Source: a virus
Reading direction: 5' to 3' (one strand)
DNA length: 64,000 bases
IMG/VR virus record: IMGVR_UViG_3300029267_006021
Position 1 is the first letter of the stretch. Every line of letters starts with the position of its first letter. The position numbers and the translations under genes are program-made. Below are positions 1 through 11,137 of this stretch, piece by piece. Below the pieces are notes generated by a model. The model worked only from the letters and a program-made list of their open reading frames with translations, made no database searches and was not told the DNA's origin.

Positions 1-1209
1 TTCTTTATTAATATCAAAAGTAGTGCCTTCATCCATTAAACCTGCTGTAGGATGCATTGCTTTTCCAGATCTTCTCGTTTTTGGAAAAAGCAAGTGGAAT
101 AGACTGGCAAGTTTGTTTTCTTCATCTGCTGTTATTGCAGCTAAATACCTTAATGTAGGGGTTGTTGAAGCATGAGTCCCAAAAATTTGTCTTTTCAAAA
201 CTTTACCATAGTCAGTTCCTTGAATCCCGCTTGTACCTCCAACAGAGGAAGCCAACAACAAAGGATTATAACCGACCAAAGTACCAACCACTTGAACAAA
301 GAGAAGATTATCTTTTAATGTTGAAGAAGTTGACTGATCAGATCTAATTGAAGCATAAGGAGAATCTACATCCAGATCAGCATTTTCTTCCAAAATTGGA
401 GGTACTAATTCGCTCGTTTCTGTTAATTCAAATCTATATTCATTCCAAGCTGTTCCACCTAAATCTGGGTTTTGCAAAGATAAACTTGTTGTAACAACCC
501 AAAGACGCTTCCCATTAGGTAAAACAATAGGAGTTATATTTCCAATTTTTTGAGTAGCTGGGTTAATTCCAGGAGCATCTTGTATTGCTGCAATTAAAGA
601 AGAAATTGAAGGAAATGTAGTAGGTAAAAATTCGGTCGTTAAAACATCATTTCGAATTACTGGACCATTGGATATGCGGCCCGCATTTGTTAATAAATAA
701 TTTGATATTGAATTTTGACGAATGGATTGATCAGCAGAACGAATTTCAAATTCATTCAACTTAGAATTTGAAATATAAACATCTCTTGAGAGTAAAACTT
801 CACTCCCCTGTTTTGAAGCAAACCAACCCTCTCCCGGATAAATCTTTCTTTTCTTTCTACGAACCTCTGGACGCCCAACACCCCCGTCAATAGAATCATA
901 ATTAAAACCTGATTTCCAGCTTGTAGGTAAATAGGCCACAATAGATGGGCGGGCTGATCTTTGAGAATGTCTAAAGAAATGACAAAGGCATAGCGAATTT
1001 TCCTCGGGCATTACTCCCATAAAAGATCGCGGGCCATCATACGGATTTGTCAATTGAATATTTGAAGCTCCTCCAGGTCCATCCAACCACTCTATATCTA
1101 CAAACCATCTCTCAGGATCTACACGAGTTATCCGAGCAGGACGTAACATGAAATAGCGATTGGCTGCACTAATAGAAAGATCAGGAGGACCTATCGGGTC
1201 TAAAGGCAT
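1..1209 (-). CDS. Probable baseplate spike (gp5/VgrG-like) protein, truncated by the window edge
   Basis: Not in the ORF track. ATG at 1209 gives MPLDPIGPPDLSISAANRYFMLRPARITRVDPERWFVDIEWLDG..., an OB-fold-like start. It directly follows the hub gene; N-terminal part translated by hand. Confidence 0.6.
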   Translation of the reverse strand, partial: MPLDPIGPPDLSISAANRYFMLRPARITRVDPERWFVDIEWLDGPGGASNIQLTNPYDGPRSFMGVMPEENSLCLCHFFRHSQRSARPSIVAYLPTSWKSGFNYDSIDGGVGRPEVRRKKRKIYPGEGWFASKQGSEVLLSRDVYISNSKLNEFEIRSADQSIRQNSISNYLLTNAGRISNGPVIRNDVLTTEFLPTTFPSISSLIAAIQDAPGINPATQKIGNITPIVLPNGKRLWVVTTSLSLQNPDLGGTAWNEYRFELTETSELVPPILEENADLDVDSPYASIRSDQSTSSTLKDNLLFVQVVGTLVGYNPLLLASSVGGTSGIQGTDYGKVLKRQIFGTHASTTPTLRYLAAITADEENKLASLFHLLFPKTRRSGKAMHPTAGLMDEGTTFDINKE

Positions 1210-1211
1210 TA

Positions 1212-3569
1212 TTAACCCCCAAATAAAGTTAATTTTGCAGCTAACGCATTAATATAATCAGCATCATTTTTCCAACATTGACAAGCATTATCTCTATCAA
1301 AGTGACCAGCTTTCATTTCTTTAGTTAAACGAGCAACAAAATCCTTATCCATCTGATTAATAGCTAACTTTTCCTTGGATATATTGTAATTTAATTCAGC
1401 TTCTGAATCACTGTCCAACGGAGACATGACTGCTATCTGTTTAGCATTATTTCCAGATAATGAAGAAAATGCATTAGTTATTTTTTGAGTTAAACCTGTA
1501 ACTTGATTAGCAATTCCAAGACGAACTTTTTCGGCAGCCACTTGAGTAGAAAGAGAACTAACAGATTTAAAAGAAACATTACCCTTCCGGTTGATCTCCA
1601 TATTTCGTCCATATGGAAACATCCCAATTAAATCATATCCATTTTCATCAGTAACCGGAATAATTGTTGTATATGAAAAATTTGGTTGGTATTGATAATC
1701 AGCAAAACCAAAATGTTTAGATTTAACTTGAACCCTTTGATAATCTTTTATCTGATTGATTCTATAAAAATACTGCCCAGGCATTTGATCATAGACAAAT
1801 GTTCCACTCAAACAACCAAATACAGAGACATCAGAATTTTGTTGAACTTCTGTATTGACATAGTCAGGTATAGAATCAACAATAGCATCTTCTAATTTAC
1901 CAGTATTTGGGTTTCTTTTAAATATCGCCCGCTTTTGTCTCCAAGAAGTTGAAGTCAAAATTACATTTGGAGTACCTTTTTTAAACTCAATAGAATCTCT
2001 TAATTTAGCAATACCCTCTTTTGAAGCAGTATAAGGTTTAGCAATGTGAGGGGGTGAAAATTTTCTTCTCACACCCCTCACATTAACTGTCGTTGTAAAA
2101 GTAGACCCAACAGATAAGTTGTGAGAAATCGAATCAACATAATAATAAGCATCTCTAGATGGGACATAAATTGGATAACCAAGACGTAATTCAGGCCTAC
2201 CTGGAATTGTAATACTTCCACCTACTCGCATTGCGTTATTTCGATCAAGCCAACCAACGGCATAAAGTTGGCAAGCCCTAGCATCATTAAGCCAATTAAT
2301 TGATAAAGTTTTTTGACGGTTACCATATTGTCGAGTGAGTTTCTGGTCTATTGCACAACCTAACGGGCTCACTCTAGGATCAAATTCACCAGCAGGATAA
2401 AGGTTACCGTAAACATCACAACGAGTATAAATTTGTGATTCATCCTCAGAAATATTCCAACTAATAATATCTTCATCTCTCAAATTTAAAATCGGATTTG
2501 GTTTTACATCCAAATTATAAAATGGAGGTTTAAATATGATCTCTCCAGTAAAATCCATATAAAATTCAAAATTAATAAATTCAGCAACTTCTCGAGCAAT
2601 TGCTAATTTAGTACGATAATCACTTTCAACTGAAGAAATACTTGCTTGAAATTTTGGAAAAGGAGTCACATCAGCTACATAATCTTTAATTGTTGCTCTC
2701 TCAATATCAAAAGGCAAAGAACCTTGGGTGGCTCTTTGATCAGCCGTTTTATAATTTCTTAAATCTATATCATCTTTACCTTTTATTGGTACACCATCTA
2801 AACCGAACATACGCAAAGATTTACAAATCTGATTAAATCTTTTACTCCAATATTGGATCATTTCAGAAGAACGTTCTTTTAAAACTACATTGGATGCTCG
2901 AGTATCTTCAATCGTTGTAAAATCTTTTTTAAGCGCTTCTTCGGGACGTTTTGTGTTCCAGGTAATTCCAAGATTTAAACCTTGAAGATGTTGAATTGTA
3001 CCCATTGTCTGAGCAAGCGAATAAATAATTGAATAGGGGTTATGCCCATAATAACGAGCAGGTTTACCTACACCAGGTTGTTCCTTCGGAAAATACTGAG
3101 GAGCAATTGCAGCAGGATGCACATTAATTACCATTAACTCCCACCAACGCAAGATGTCTTTACAATTAATGCTTAAAGTATGCGTACCATCACTATAACT
3201 TTCTGAAAATGACGAGACAAGACCCCAAAACACTTGATAATATTTAGGTTCTGGATTTGTAGCCGATAAAAAACGACCTTTCATGAAAATTTCAACTTCA
3301 GACATTGGGCCAAAAACAGGCTCGCCATTTCGCACATACTGATTAACCGCATGTCTCGGCGTTGCCAAATCAAAAGAAGCAGTTCCTGAACCTGCATCAA
3401 GCCCTAGAGAAACTGTAACATTTGTAATATCATCATTAATATTACCTTTTCTTCCGCACTCTCTACAAACAGGTACGGTAATCTCTCCATTAATAAACAC
3501 TAAAAAATCAGGAGCTAGTGTTGTTACTTTCTTTTGATGATATGACTGGGCATATGGAAATCTAAACAC
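1212..3569 (-). CDS. Baseplate hub protein (gp27/gpD-like)
   Basis: 785 aa with motifs FEFYMDFTGEIIFKPPFY and GSITIPGRPELRLGYPIY...YYVDSISH, typical of contractile-tail hubs; lies after the tape measure gene. Confidence 0.75.
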   Translation of the reverse strand: MFRFPYAQSYHQKKVTTLAPDFLVFINGEITVPVCRECGRKGNINDDITNVTVSLGLDAGSGTASFDLATPRHAVNQYVRNGEPVFGPMSEVEIFMKGRFLSATNPEPKYYQVFWGLVSSFSESYSDGTHTLSINCKDILRWWELMVINVHPAAIAPQYFPKEQPGVGKPARYYGHNPYSIIYSLAQTMGTIQHLQGLNLGITWNTKRPEEALKKDFTTIEDTRASNVVLKERSSEMIQYWSKRFNQICKSLRMFGLDGVPIKGKDDIDLRNYKTADQRATQGSLPFDIERATIKDYVADVTPFPKFQASISSVESDYRTKLAIAREVAEFINFEFYMDFTGEIIFKPPFYNLDVKPNPILNLRDEDIISWNISEDESQIYTRCDVYGNLYPAGEFDPRVSPLGCAIDQKLTRQYGNRQKTLSINWLNDARACQLYAVGWLDRNNAMRVGGSITIPGRPELRLGYPIYVPSRDAYYYVDSISHNLSVGSTFTTTVNVRGVRRKFSPPHIAKPYTASKEGIAKLRDSIEFKKGTPNVILTSTSWRQKRAIFKRNPNTGKLEDAIVDSIPDYVNTEVQQNSDVSVFGCLSGTFVYDQMPGQYFYRINQIKDYQRVQVKSKHFGFADYQYQPNFSYTTIIPVTDENGYDLIGMFPYGRNMEINRKGNVSFKSVSSLSTQVAAEKVRLGIANQVTGLTQKITNAFSSLSGNNAKQIAVMSPLDSDSEAELNYNISKEKLAINQMDKDFVARLTKEMKAGHFDRDNACQCWKNDADYINALAAKLTLFGG

Positions 3570-4410
3570 CGCCTGTTACCCCAAATAGAGTTCCTAATTG
3601 AGACAAAAGAGCTGCCGGTTGCATGCCCCGATACCATTTACGAACAACAAATTCAAAACTATATGAAAATGAAAAGGGTCGTGTTGCTTCCTCAGTTATT
3701 GTGAAACTTCTAAAGCTTCCAATATAGTTAACAAAATCATAGTATAATCTAACAGAACCAACAGAGTTGATCCTGCGTTTATCATACTGTTTTTCATAGT
3801 TATATCCGTTATTTTTATAGATTAAATATAGGGCCATAAGATTTTGATAAGCAGCACTATTTCTCGCATTTATACGCGTAATTCCGGCTTTGTTATTAAA
3901 CACCTCATTCCCGATATAAAAACCTCCAGTTCTACCACTAATAAGGATGCGATCAAGTTCTTCTCCCCAATGTTCTACAATCCAACCACCTTTTGCATAA
4001 GTTGGCGTTGCTACCTTTTGAGCATTTAAAGTCATATCGGAGGGATTTACTAACAATGTCAAAGGAGGTATATAAGTTCTTTTCTTACCTTGAAAAGCCG
4101 CTTTTACAGTATCTGCAGGAGTTCTAGCGCTTAAAGCCGAAGAAGCATCTCCTGGTAAACCTACAGGAGAATTTGCTGCTCGAGGACCTCTTGGGTTGGG
4201 GTCTGTATCAAAAATGTCGACTGAAAAAATCATTGGTGAAAAATTAGGTCTCGAACTAACAACTGGAAAACCCCCAGGCACCGGAAAAATTTTAGCTTCG
4301 AACTCCTCAGGCATGTGCAAAACAAGAGAGGCATAATTAGCAATTGTGGAAAGCTTAGTTACCTGGCTACCTACAAAATTACCTAATTTCTGAAAAATAG
4401 CATTTGACAT
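3562..4410 (-). CDS. Baseplate / tube-initiator-like virion protein
   Basis: LLVNP...GGWIVEHWGEELD...FSYSFEF; paralogous to 4410-4979; tail operon context. Confidence 0.6.
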   Translation of the reverse strand: MSNAIFQKLGNFVGSQVTKLSTIANYASLVLHMPEEFEAKIFPVPGGFPVVSSRPNFSPMIFSVDIFDTDPNPRGPRAANSPVGLPGDASSALSARTPADTVKAAFQGKKRTYIPPLTLLVNPSDMTLNAQKVATPTYAKGGWIVEHWGEELDRILISGRTGGFYIGNEVFNNKAGITRINARNSAAYQNLMALYLIYKNNGYNYEKQYDKRRINSVGSVRLYYDFVNYIGSFRSFTITEEATRPFSFSYSFEFVVRKWYRGMQPAALLSQLGTLFGVTGGV

Positions 4411-4979
4411 TAAAATGGACTCCCTGGAGAAAGAACAGTCATCGTGTTTTGTACTTTAAAAGTAAAACTCACATCAAATCTATAAGGAGTATCCTCAACT
4501 TCACGAAAGATAAAATCCTCAAAATAACCACTATGATAACCACTATCATAAAGTACACGTAAACTACCTGCTCGTACCGGAACTCCGTTTTCATCCCATA
4601 AAAGCCCATTGCTTCTATAAATTTCTATGATACTCAAAAAATTCATGTAACCAATTGTACTTGTGCGATTTATAAATGGCTTTGAGGATCCTGAAGCTAA
4701 ACCCGCATAAGGCAACATAAAAGAGGCAGTAGCAGCCGAAGCGCTTAAAGTATCAAGTTCATCTCCCCAATGATATTCAACCCACCCACTTCTTGTTTTA
4801 GTTGTTGTAACAATTTTGGCGCTGCTCTTTTCAAAAGTTCTTGGATTAATTAACATGAACAAAGGAGGTACCCAAGGTCTCTTATCAATACCCTTAATAT
4901 CAAAAACCATGGGTATACGTTTATGGAGATTTACATTTAGGCCAATGTCTCGAAATAATGTATTCATAAAGGATGTCAT
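4410..4979 (-). CDS. Baseplate / tube-initiator-like virion protein
   Basis: MLINP...GWVEYHWGDELD...FDVSFTF; paralog of the adjacent gene. Confidence 0.6.
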   Translation of the reverse strand: MTSFMNTLFRDIGLNVNLHKRIPMVFDIKGIDKRPWVPPLFMLINPRTFEKSSAKIVTTTKTRSGWVEYHWGDELDTLSASAATASFMLPYAGLASGSSKPFINRTSTIGYMNFLSIIEIYRSNGLLWDENGVPVRAGSLRVLYDSGYHSGYFEDFIFREVEDTPYRFDVSFTFKVQNTMTVLSPGSPF

Positions 4980-7021
4980 TAATCAGCTCTTCCTTTTGCA
5001 AGCTTTTCAGCACGTTGCAATCCTCTTACGGCAGCCTCTCCCGCCTCTTTACTATCATTTGTATAAATGTTTTGATTTAGAGTCATTCCACTAGCCCAAG
5101 GAGATTGGAAACCTTCAAAAGGAGCCCTTTTACCTGCTCCAGAAATACTAGGGAAAAGTTTTTCTGCAATTTGATCAAGCCAAGGCATAACACCAGGAGC
5201 AAGGGCGGCACCTGCTGCCCATGCTGCAGTTCTGCCTGTTTTTCTCCCGCTTTCAATTTCTTTTAAAATGCCTGCTTCTTCCAACAACGCTTTATGATTT
5301 ACAGCTCCCAAATCTTTTAATTCTTTTAAATAGGCAGTCTGATCTAATGTTTTTCGTTCGCCCCTTTCATATTCTTGTCTAGCTTTATTCATAAGAATAC
5401 GAGTAGCTTTTATCTCAGCTGCAGTCTCTGACATGTAAGGAAGATATCTCTCAGCGAAGTCAAACATAAGGTCTAATCCCATTTGTACATAAGGAGCAAT
5501 CTCATTCATCAAAGCAAATAAAATGTTTTCTAAAACATTCCCTACCCGATCTTGGATTAATTTTCTGAATTTTTCCGCGCGTTCTTTTTCCTTATCAGGA
5601 TTTAAGCGTTTTTCAATCTCTTCCGGATTTTTTCTGAGAAATTTAATGAAATCATCGGTACTTTTAATATTCTCTTTTCTTGCAAGTACCGCCATATGTT
5701 TGATAACTTCTAAATGTTTTTCTGTTACATTCGCTAAACCAAGCCCTTTTAATGTTAGATATTCTTGTGTTGCATCTAAATTAGCTATATCCTCCAATGA
5801 TTTTAACTGTTTACCTATAAATTTTTCTGGAAGGGTCAAAATCATTTCTAAATGCCCAGCAGCCCCGACCCTTTTCATAGCCCTACCAGCGGCTATAAAC
5901 TCTCCAGCCATAACTGCTTGTCTATCTCGAATAGACTCCGCCAATTCCATTTCTTTTTGTAAATAGTCAGCACTGCCTTCTTCTAACTTTGACATTTCTC
6001 CGCGTAATCTTTCTATAGTACCCTGAATTATTTTAACCATATTTTCTTGGCCAACTAGAGCAGCTATTTCAATTCGTCTTTCAACATTAAGTTCCTTAAT
6101 TCCAACAGTTAAAGCATTAATGGATTCTTTGGCCTGTCTCATTGATATAGTGCTAGTTTTACCCATAAATTCTAAAAGACGAGAAGCTTCACCAATTGAA
6201 CCTCCGAAATAGCCCATAGTGGGAATTACCTGTTGTACAGTCATTAAAAAATTACGAGTCCCATAACGAGATTTCAAAGAAGATTCAAAAATCTCGGTGA
6301 AAGCTTCTTTACCCATTTCTCCAGAAATATTTAATTCACGTGTGAAATCGGTGATAGTTTTTGCCATTTCTCCATATTTCATTTGGAACAATGTTCCAAA
6401 ATTAATTGCCATACTTGTAGCTTCATATAAATTTTCAAATTTAGAAGAAGTACTATCTACAATCATCCCAGCTTCTTGATAACCTTTCATTGCCTCAAGT
6501 TGATCTCCTACAGTAGAAGTAAAGACACCACTAGTAACTGTCGCTTTTTCTAAGTCATCTCTAAGTTTTTGTACTGCTGTACCAACATCTCCAGTAGATA
6601 AATCTAAATACGCGAAAGCATCTCCAGTCTCTAATACTATTCTATTTTGAGCAAGTGTCATAGTATATAACTTTTTTAAACCTTCCCAAAGACCAGATGC
6701 TACTGCTTGAACTGCGGCTATTTGGGGCACTGCCTTTGCTAAACCACTAGCCAAACCACCTATGGCTTTTATATTTCCGCTAAAAATAGTCCCAAGGATC
6801 TTTCCTGTTTTAATCGTCGCTTCGTCTTGCTTCTTTTTCTTCTTTTCTTGATCTGTCTCTTCTTTTTTCTTTTTTCTAGATTCCTCTGTTCTTTTTCGTA
6901 AAGTCTCTTGCTTTTTTGATAGAGAATCAATAGACTTTGCAAGAGCCTTGACAGACTTATCCATATCCTTAAAGATGTCTTCAGCACCTTTAATTGTTAC
7001 TTCTAATTTTTTGTCAGCCAT
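4979..7021 (-). CDS. Probable tail tape measure protein
   Basis: 680 aa, helical, coiled-coil N-terminus and Ala/Gly-rich segment; lies between the chaperones and the baseplate genes. Confidence 0.65.
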   Translation of the reverse strand: MADKKLEVTIKGAEDIFKDMDKSVKALAKSIDSLSKKQETLRKRTEESRKKKKEETDQEKKKKKQDEATIKTGKILGTIFSGNIKAIGGLASGLAKAVPQIAAVQAVASGLWEGLKKLYTMTLAQNRIVLETGDAFAYLDLSTGDVGTAVQKLRDDLEKATVTSGVFTSTVGDQLEAMKGYQEAGMIVDSTSSKFENLYEATSMAINFGTLFQMKYGEMAKTITDFTRELNISGEMGKEAFTEIFESSLKSRYGTRNFLMTVQQVIPTMGYFGGSIGEASRLLEFMGKTSTISMRQAKESINALTVGIKELNVERRIEIAALVGQENMVKIIQGTIERLRGEMSKLEEGSADYLQKEMELAESIRDRQAVMAGEFIAAGRAMKRVGAAGHLEMILTLPEKFIGKQLKSLEDIANLDATQEYLTLKGLGLANVTEKHLEVIKHMAVLARKENIKSTDDFIKFLRKNPEEIEKRLNPDKEKERAEKFRKLIQDRVGNVLENILFALMNEIAPYVQMGLDLMFDFAERYLPYMSETAAEIKATRILMNKARQEYERGERKTLDQTAYLKELKDLGAVNHKALLEEAGILKEIESGRKTGRTAAWAAGAALAPGVMPWLDQIAEKLFPSISGAGKRAPFEGFQSPWASGMTLNQNIYTNDSKEAGEAAVRGLQRAEKLAKGRAD

Positions 7022-8196
7022 TATTCTAACTTCATAACGCTTTGTTTTCTGATCTTCTCAACTAATTCTTTATATTCTTTTGTTCCAGGTTTAGCCTTTA
7101 ATAGTTGATTATTAAGTTCTTCATCGGTTATAGCTGACGAAGACATACCAACAAAAAAATCGTCTTCTGAGTTTTTAAATTGACTTAAATGTTCCTTTTT
7201 TATCTTCTCAATTTCTTCAGGACTTAAATCTGCCATTTGGCTAGCAAGTTTTTCACTAACAGTTGGCATTTCTTTTTGACTTTTGACTGGTTTAGATAAT
7301 TTGGCAAGATCTTCTTCAGAAGCAATTCTAGTCTCCCCAATAACTGCCCCTTGATCTCTTTCAAGATTAAACTTCTGTCTGAAATCCTTTCTTATTTGTT
7401 CTAATTCAACTTCTTTATGTAAAGCGCGTTCTTTTATCTGTCTTTCATAATCAGATATAAATAAATCATGCTCGTCCTTCTCACCCCTAACAATTGAACG
7501 TTGGACTTCTTCATATAATGATTCCTTTGAGTCTTTACTTGGAGGTGCAGCATCTGCTCCCTTTAATATTCTCTCACGTTCTTCTAATTCTTCTTTCTTT
7601 CTTTGTTTATCTGAAGATTCTAAACGACTAAAATCTTGTTTTTTCATTTGTAAACGCATTAATGGTTTTATAAGACTCCACCCAATTTCAGAGTATTCTT
7701 TAATATCCTCATATTGATTAAGAGTATACCACATTTGTTGGTGCAGATTAATACCAAGATTTTCGGTTCCCTCGACTCCAGTAAATTGGGAACTATTGAT
7801 TCCAATTACTTTAGCACTAGGCCAACGCATTCTTGATAAATCATCATAAGTAAAGCGACGAACATCTCTAAGTGCCTTTATGGACTTTCTATTTAAACCT
7901 GTTATGGCTTTATAAAGTGGAGCCGTAATTGATCCTTTAAGTTTATTAAAAAATTTAAAAAGGTTCTCTATTTTTTCTATTCTTGGGCTTACTAACACAT
8001 TTACTTTCTCAAATAAATAAACTGAAAAAGCCAAAAGATAATTGATTTTTTCTCGATTATTTGTTGAGAGAGTATTAATTAAATCATGTTCATTTTCATT
8101 AACAGATTTTAAAACAATTTTAGTTCCTGCGATCTCAGTTTTTACTGTTAAAAACCCCCGAAAAATCAAATATTCAATTTCTTTAGGAAATGCCAT
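7021..8196 (-). CDS. Putative tail assembly chaperone (long)
   Basis: 391 aa, between tube and tape measure genes; call rests on synteny. Confidence 0.45.
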   Translation of the reverse strand: MAFPKEIEYLIFRGFLTVKTEIAGTKIVLKSVNENEHDLINTLSTNNREKINYLLAFSVYLFEKVNVLVSPRIEKIENLFKFFNKLKGSITAPLYKAITGLNRKSIKALRDVRRFTYDDLSRMRWPSAKVIGINSSQFTGVEGTENLGINLHQQMWYTLNQYEDIKEYSEIGWSLIKPLMRLQMKKQDFSRLESSDKQRKKEELEERERILKGADAAPPSKDSKESLYEEVQRSIVRGEKDEHDLFISDYERQIKERALHKEVELEQIRKDFRQKFNLERDQGAVIGETRIASEEDLAKLSKPVKSQKEMPTVSEKLASQMADLSPEEIEKIKKEHLSQFKNSEDDFFVGMSSSAITDEELNNQLLKAKPGTKEYKELVEKIRKQSVMKLE

Positions 8197-8197
8197 T

Positions 8198-8845
8198 CTA
8201 ATAACCTGTCTGGTCTAAAACTCCACCTGGCTCATCTTCAAGTTTTCTAAAAGAGACTTCCCTGGGTTCTGTCGTTTCAGACTCTTTAGATTCTTCAATA
8301 GAATCCTCTTGCATTTCCTGATCAATTTTGGACATTAAATCTTGATCAGACTGCAATTCATCTTTAACTAATTCGTCCAAACCTTCAATTTTAAATGCTG
8401 GCTCCATATTAGCAGACGCTTCATTAACTAAAGTAACATACTGATTAAAAAGATAAGTAACAAGAAATGGTGGCCAACTCTTTAATTTATTTCGTAAAAA
8501 GATTTGACGTTCAATCTTTAAGTCTTCCCCTCCAGATGGGTTCTTAACTATAAAAAAGTCAATTTTGTCTAGGCGTTCTCCATTAAGGGCTTTAAAAGCA
8601 TAAACAAGCGTTTCAACCTTAATATCACGAAGTAAAGCAGGTACCTTAACTTCTCCCTCACCCTTCGCTGCTGCCTCAGCATCAGGACGGCTAGACAAAA
8701 AAGATTGAATTGCTTCTTCAGATTTACCATCAACCACACCTAGAATAATCTCTTGTCCATTAATTTTAACCGGACGTTCGCTATCAGATATTTTTTCGAT
8801 CTCTTTAAAAGCAGTTTCAAGTTTTTCCATTAGAAGATCTGGCAT
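8198..8845 (-). CDS. Putative tail assembly chaperone
   Basis: 215 aa with acidic C-terminus, immediately downstream of the tube gene. Confidence 0.5.
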   Translation of the reverse strand: MPDLLMEKLETAFKEIEKISDSERPVKINGQEIILGVVDGKSEEAIQSFLSSRPDAEAAAKGEGEVKVPALLRDIKVETLVYAFKALNGERLDKIDFFIVKNPSGGEDLKIERQIFLRNKLKSWPPFLVTYLFNQYVTLVNEASANMEPAFKIEGLDELVKDELQSDQDLMSKIDQEMQEDSIEESKESETTEPREVSFRKLEDEPGGVLDQTGY

Positions 8846-9019
8846 TTAAAGCTCCTTGAAAATGGGAAGAAGGAAAACCTGAAGTGGTTTACATCTTGAT
8901 TCAAATTTATATAAATCTTCATCTAACCTTTATTAAAGGTTGTGATTCAAATTTTATCTGCATTTTATCTGTATTTAAATAATACCAGGACTAAAAATCT
9001 TCCCAAATTAATTATTCTC

Positions 9020-9718
9020 CTAAGATAGAGTATTCGTTGTTAATCCGGCATTCCCGGCAACATACCTAAGTGAGTTTGCAATTGCTCCGCCAGCAGTACT
9101 TGCGATGCCTGCTGGAGCATTACCTGATTCAATCTCCTCACCATAAATACTAGCACCGTCAATAACATCACTGGCTACAATCGTAACATTTTCATTAATA
9201 ATCGTACTATCAGCCTCATAGGATGTTCCCCAACTAGACATCCAACAAGCTTCAAAGAAAGTGAGTAGGGCTCTTCTGGTTCCATCTGAAGCGGCTACTG
9301 TACCAGGACCTGTTGCAGTCTGCTGCTCAGCATAAGCTAGTTCTGAGAAAATAATCTCTTGTTTAACATCAAATGGCCATCTGTGGTGTTTTAACGACCG
9401 AACTAAACCGTCAATACCACCGCGATAACCAAATGCTTGAAAAACATTAGAAAGATAAAGAGCTGCTCTTGTAACTGAAAGCTCAATTGGGTCTTCAACT
9501 TGAGGCACTAGCTCAGCTATCTGGTCACCAAAACCAACACCCCGAATAGTCTCTACTGATCTACTCGAACTTGGAGCAAAAGATCCTAATACTCCAACTT
9601 GTCTAAACGTATTAACATCAGGAGCATAAGAAAAGATCTTTACTTTAGAAGATATAGCTGCTCGAGTATTAGGAGTTGTGCCTTCCCTAAAAATGTAGGA
9701 ATCACGATCAAGCGCCAT
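9020..9718 (-). CDS. Tail tube protein
   Basis: RSVETIRGVGFGDQIAELVP...WPFDVKQ...FEACWMSSW; tube-like pattern, strong SD (GAGGAG) and late-type box at 9759-9771. Confidence 0.75.
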   Translation of the reverse strand: MALDRDSYIFREGTTPNTRAAISSKVKIFSYAPDVNTFRQVGVLGSFAPSSSRSVETIRGVGFGDQIAELVPQVEDPIELSVTRAALYLSNVFQAFGYRGGIDGLVRSLKHHRWPFDVKQEIIFSELAYAEQQTATGPGTVAASDGTRRALLTFFEACWMSSWGTSYEADSTIINENVTIVASDVIDGASIYGEEIESGNAPAGIASTAGGAIANSLRYVAGNAGLTTNTLS

Positions 9719-9758
9719 GTGTTTCTCCTCACATAATTAAATCTCGTTTAAAAGTAAA

Positions 9759-9771
9759 ATTAGTGAATTAT
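9759..9771 (-). promoter_or_regulatory. Late-type promoter box ATAATTCACTAAT (representative copy)
   Basis: Other copies at 11154, 12129, 32276, 34489, 36718, 37101(+), 43564, 48316, 50755, 52494, 53999 and 54017(+), nearly all shortly upstream of a gene start. Confidence 0.75.
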
Positions 9772-10202
9772 TGATTAAGCTTCTTTACAAGAAAACGTAA
9801 AGAAGCAATAACTGAAGATAAACCCTTTCGTTTAAAAACAGAAAACTCAATTTTGTATTCATTTTGTAATAGATTAACTAATTCAGGTAAATTAACTCCA
9901 TTCGTTACTACTTGTAATGGGCATTCATCTGGATTAACCACAAAAGTTTCTGGTATCCGATTAATATCTTTAATGAGATATTCCACAGATTCAGGAGGAT
10001 CTGGTATTAAAACAAATTTTCGTTGGTAAATAAAACCGGGCGTTTGAGGTTCGTCAGCTCCTGGATAATATAAACCTTTAGCTGGCATAAATGGCACTCC
10101 TTCGATATCAGTATGATCTCTTGTCCCATCCTCAAATTTACGTGGGTACTCCCCGCCTCCTTCTTCATGGTACTGGTGTAATGGTTTTTTAACTTTTCCC
10201 AT
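9768..10202 (-). CDS. Hypothetical protein (late region)
   Basis: ORF track, 144 aa. Confidence 0.6.
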   Translation of the reverse strand: MGKVKKPLHQYHEEGGGEYPRKFEDGTRDHTDIEGVPFMPAKGLYYPGADEPQTPGFIYQRKFVLIPDPPESVEYLIKDINRIPETFVVNPDECPLQVVTNGVNLPELVNLLQNEYKIEFSVFKRKGLSSVIASLRFLVKKLNQ

Positions 10203-10523
10203 TAATTAACCCAAAAATAATGAAGATCCAAATCTTCATCATAGATTACTGAAAGATTTCTATAGTCAAACTCATCTCCGTGAACTTCAATTAATCTAGC
10301 AAACTCACTTACAGAACCAAAGAGTTCATTAACAAGTTCCTCATTTCTGCAATCACCAAGTAGTTTCACTAACTCAAAGGCCTAACAATTAAATTAGTTC
10401 CGCATTTTGGGCATTTTAGACTGCTTTGATTCTTTTCACGATCTCTTAAATTCACTGGGATTCGAATATCCTTTCTATTTTCTTGATAATGACAATTTGG
10501 GCATTCTACTACATACATTTTAA

Positions 10524-10856
10524 TCAGCCATGAATTTTATTAATTGTTTTGTAGTATGGACTATTAATATATCTACTTATTAAAGATTCCCAAGTAGAAA
10601 GAATAAATGTGAGTTCTAAACTATATCTTTTTGCATCAAAATTAATTTTAGTCAATAACTCATTTGCTCTTTCTTCAAATTGACCAGCATCTGTTCTTCT
10701 ATTATGTTCCATTCTTTCAATATGAGGCCATGTAGTTAAAAGATCAAGATTGCGACCAAGTCCTGTATTATCTCTTACTGGAACATACTGACTAGAAGAT
10801 GGATACCAACTGCGTATTGTAATAATCTTAAAAGGTTTATTTTCGCCCTCAGCCAT
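10524..10856 (-). CDS. Hypothetical protein
   Basis: ORF track; stop/start overlap with the upstream gene. Confidence 0.6.
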   Translation of the reverse strand: MAEGENKPFKIITIRSWYPSSSQYVPVRDNTGLGRNLDLLTTWPHIERMEHNRRTDAGQFEERANELLTKINFDAKRYSLELTFILSTWESLISRYINSPYYKTINKIHG

Positions 10857-11137
10857 TATTTGGATTCCTGCAAATAAGATCTTATTTCAAGAACTTTAGA
10901 ATGAAATTCATCAGTTACTTTTTGTTGATCTTCAGATTCTAAATTACAAAAGCTACCGAGCAATAAACGTTCTTCTTCTTCAAGAATTAGAGCAACATTA
11001 TTTAAATCGCAAAAGCTAAAAATAAGGTTCCAAAGTTCGTCGGCTGGTAAATAAAGAGCTTCTTCCACTGAAATACCAACAGCATTCAAAAATCCTTTTT
11101 GATAGCCCTTTACTTTTTGCATGGTAACCCCGAACAA
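10856..11137 (-). CDS. Hypothetical protein
   Basis: ORF track; late-type box at 11154-11166. Confidence 0.55.
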   Translation of the reverse strand: MFGVTMQKVKGYQKGFLNAVGISVEEALYLPADELWNLIFSFCDLNNVALILEEEERLLLGSFCNLESEDQQKVTDEFHSKVLEIRSYLQESK

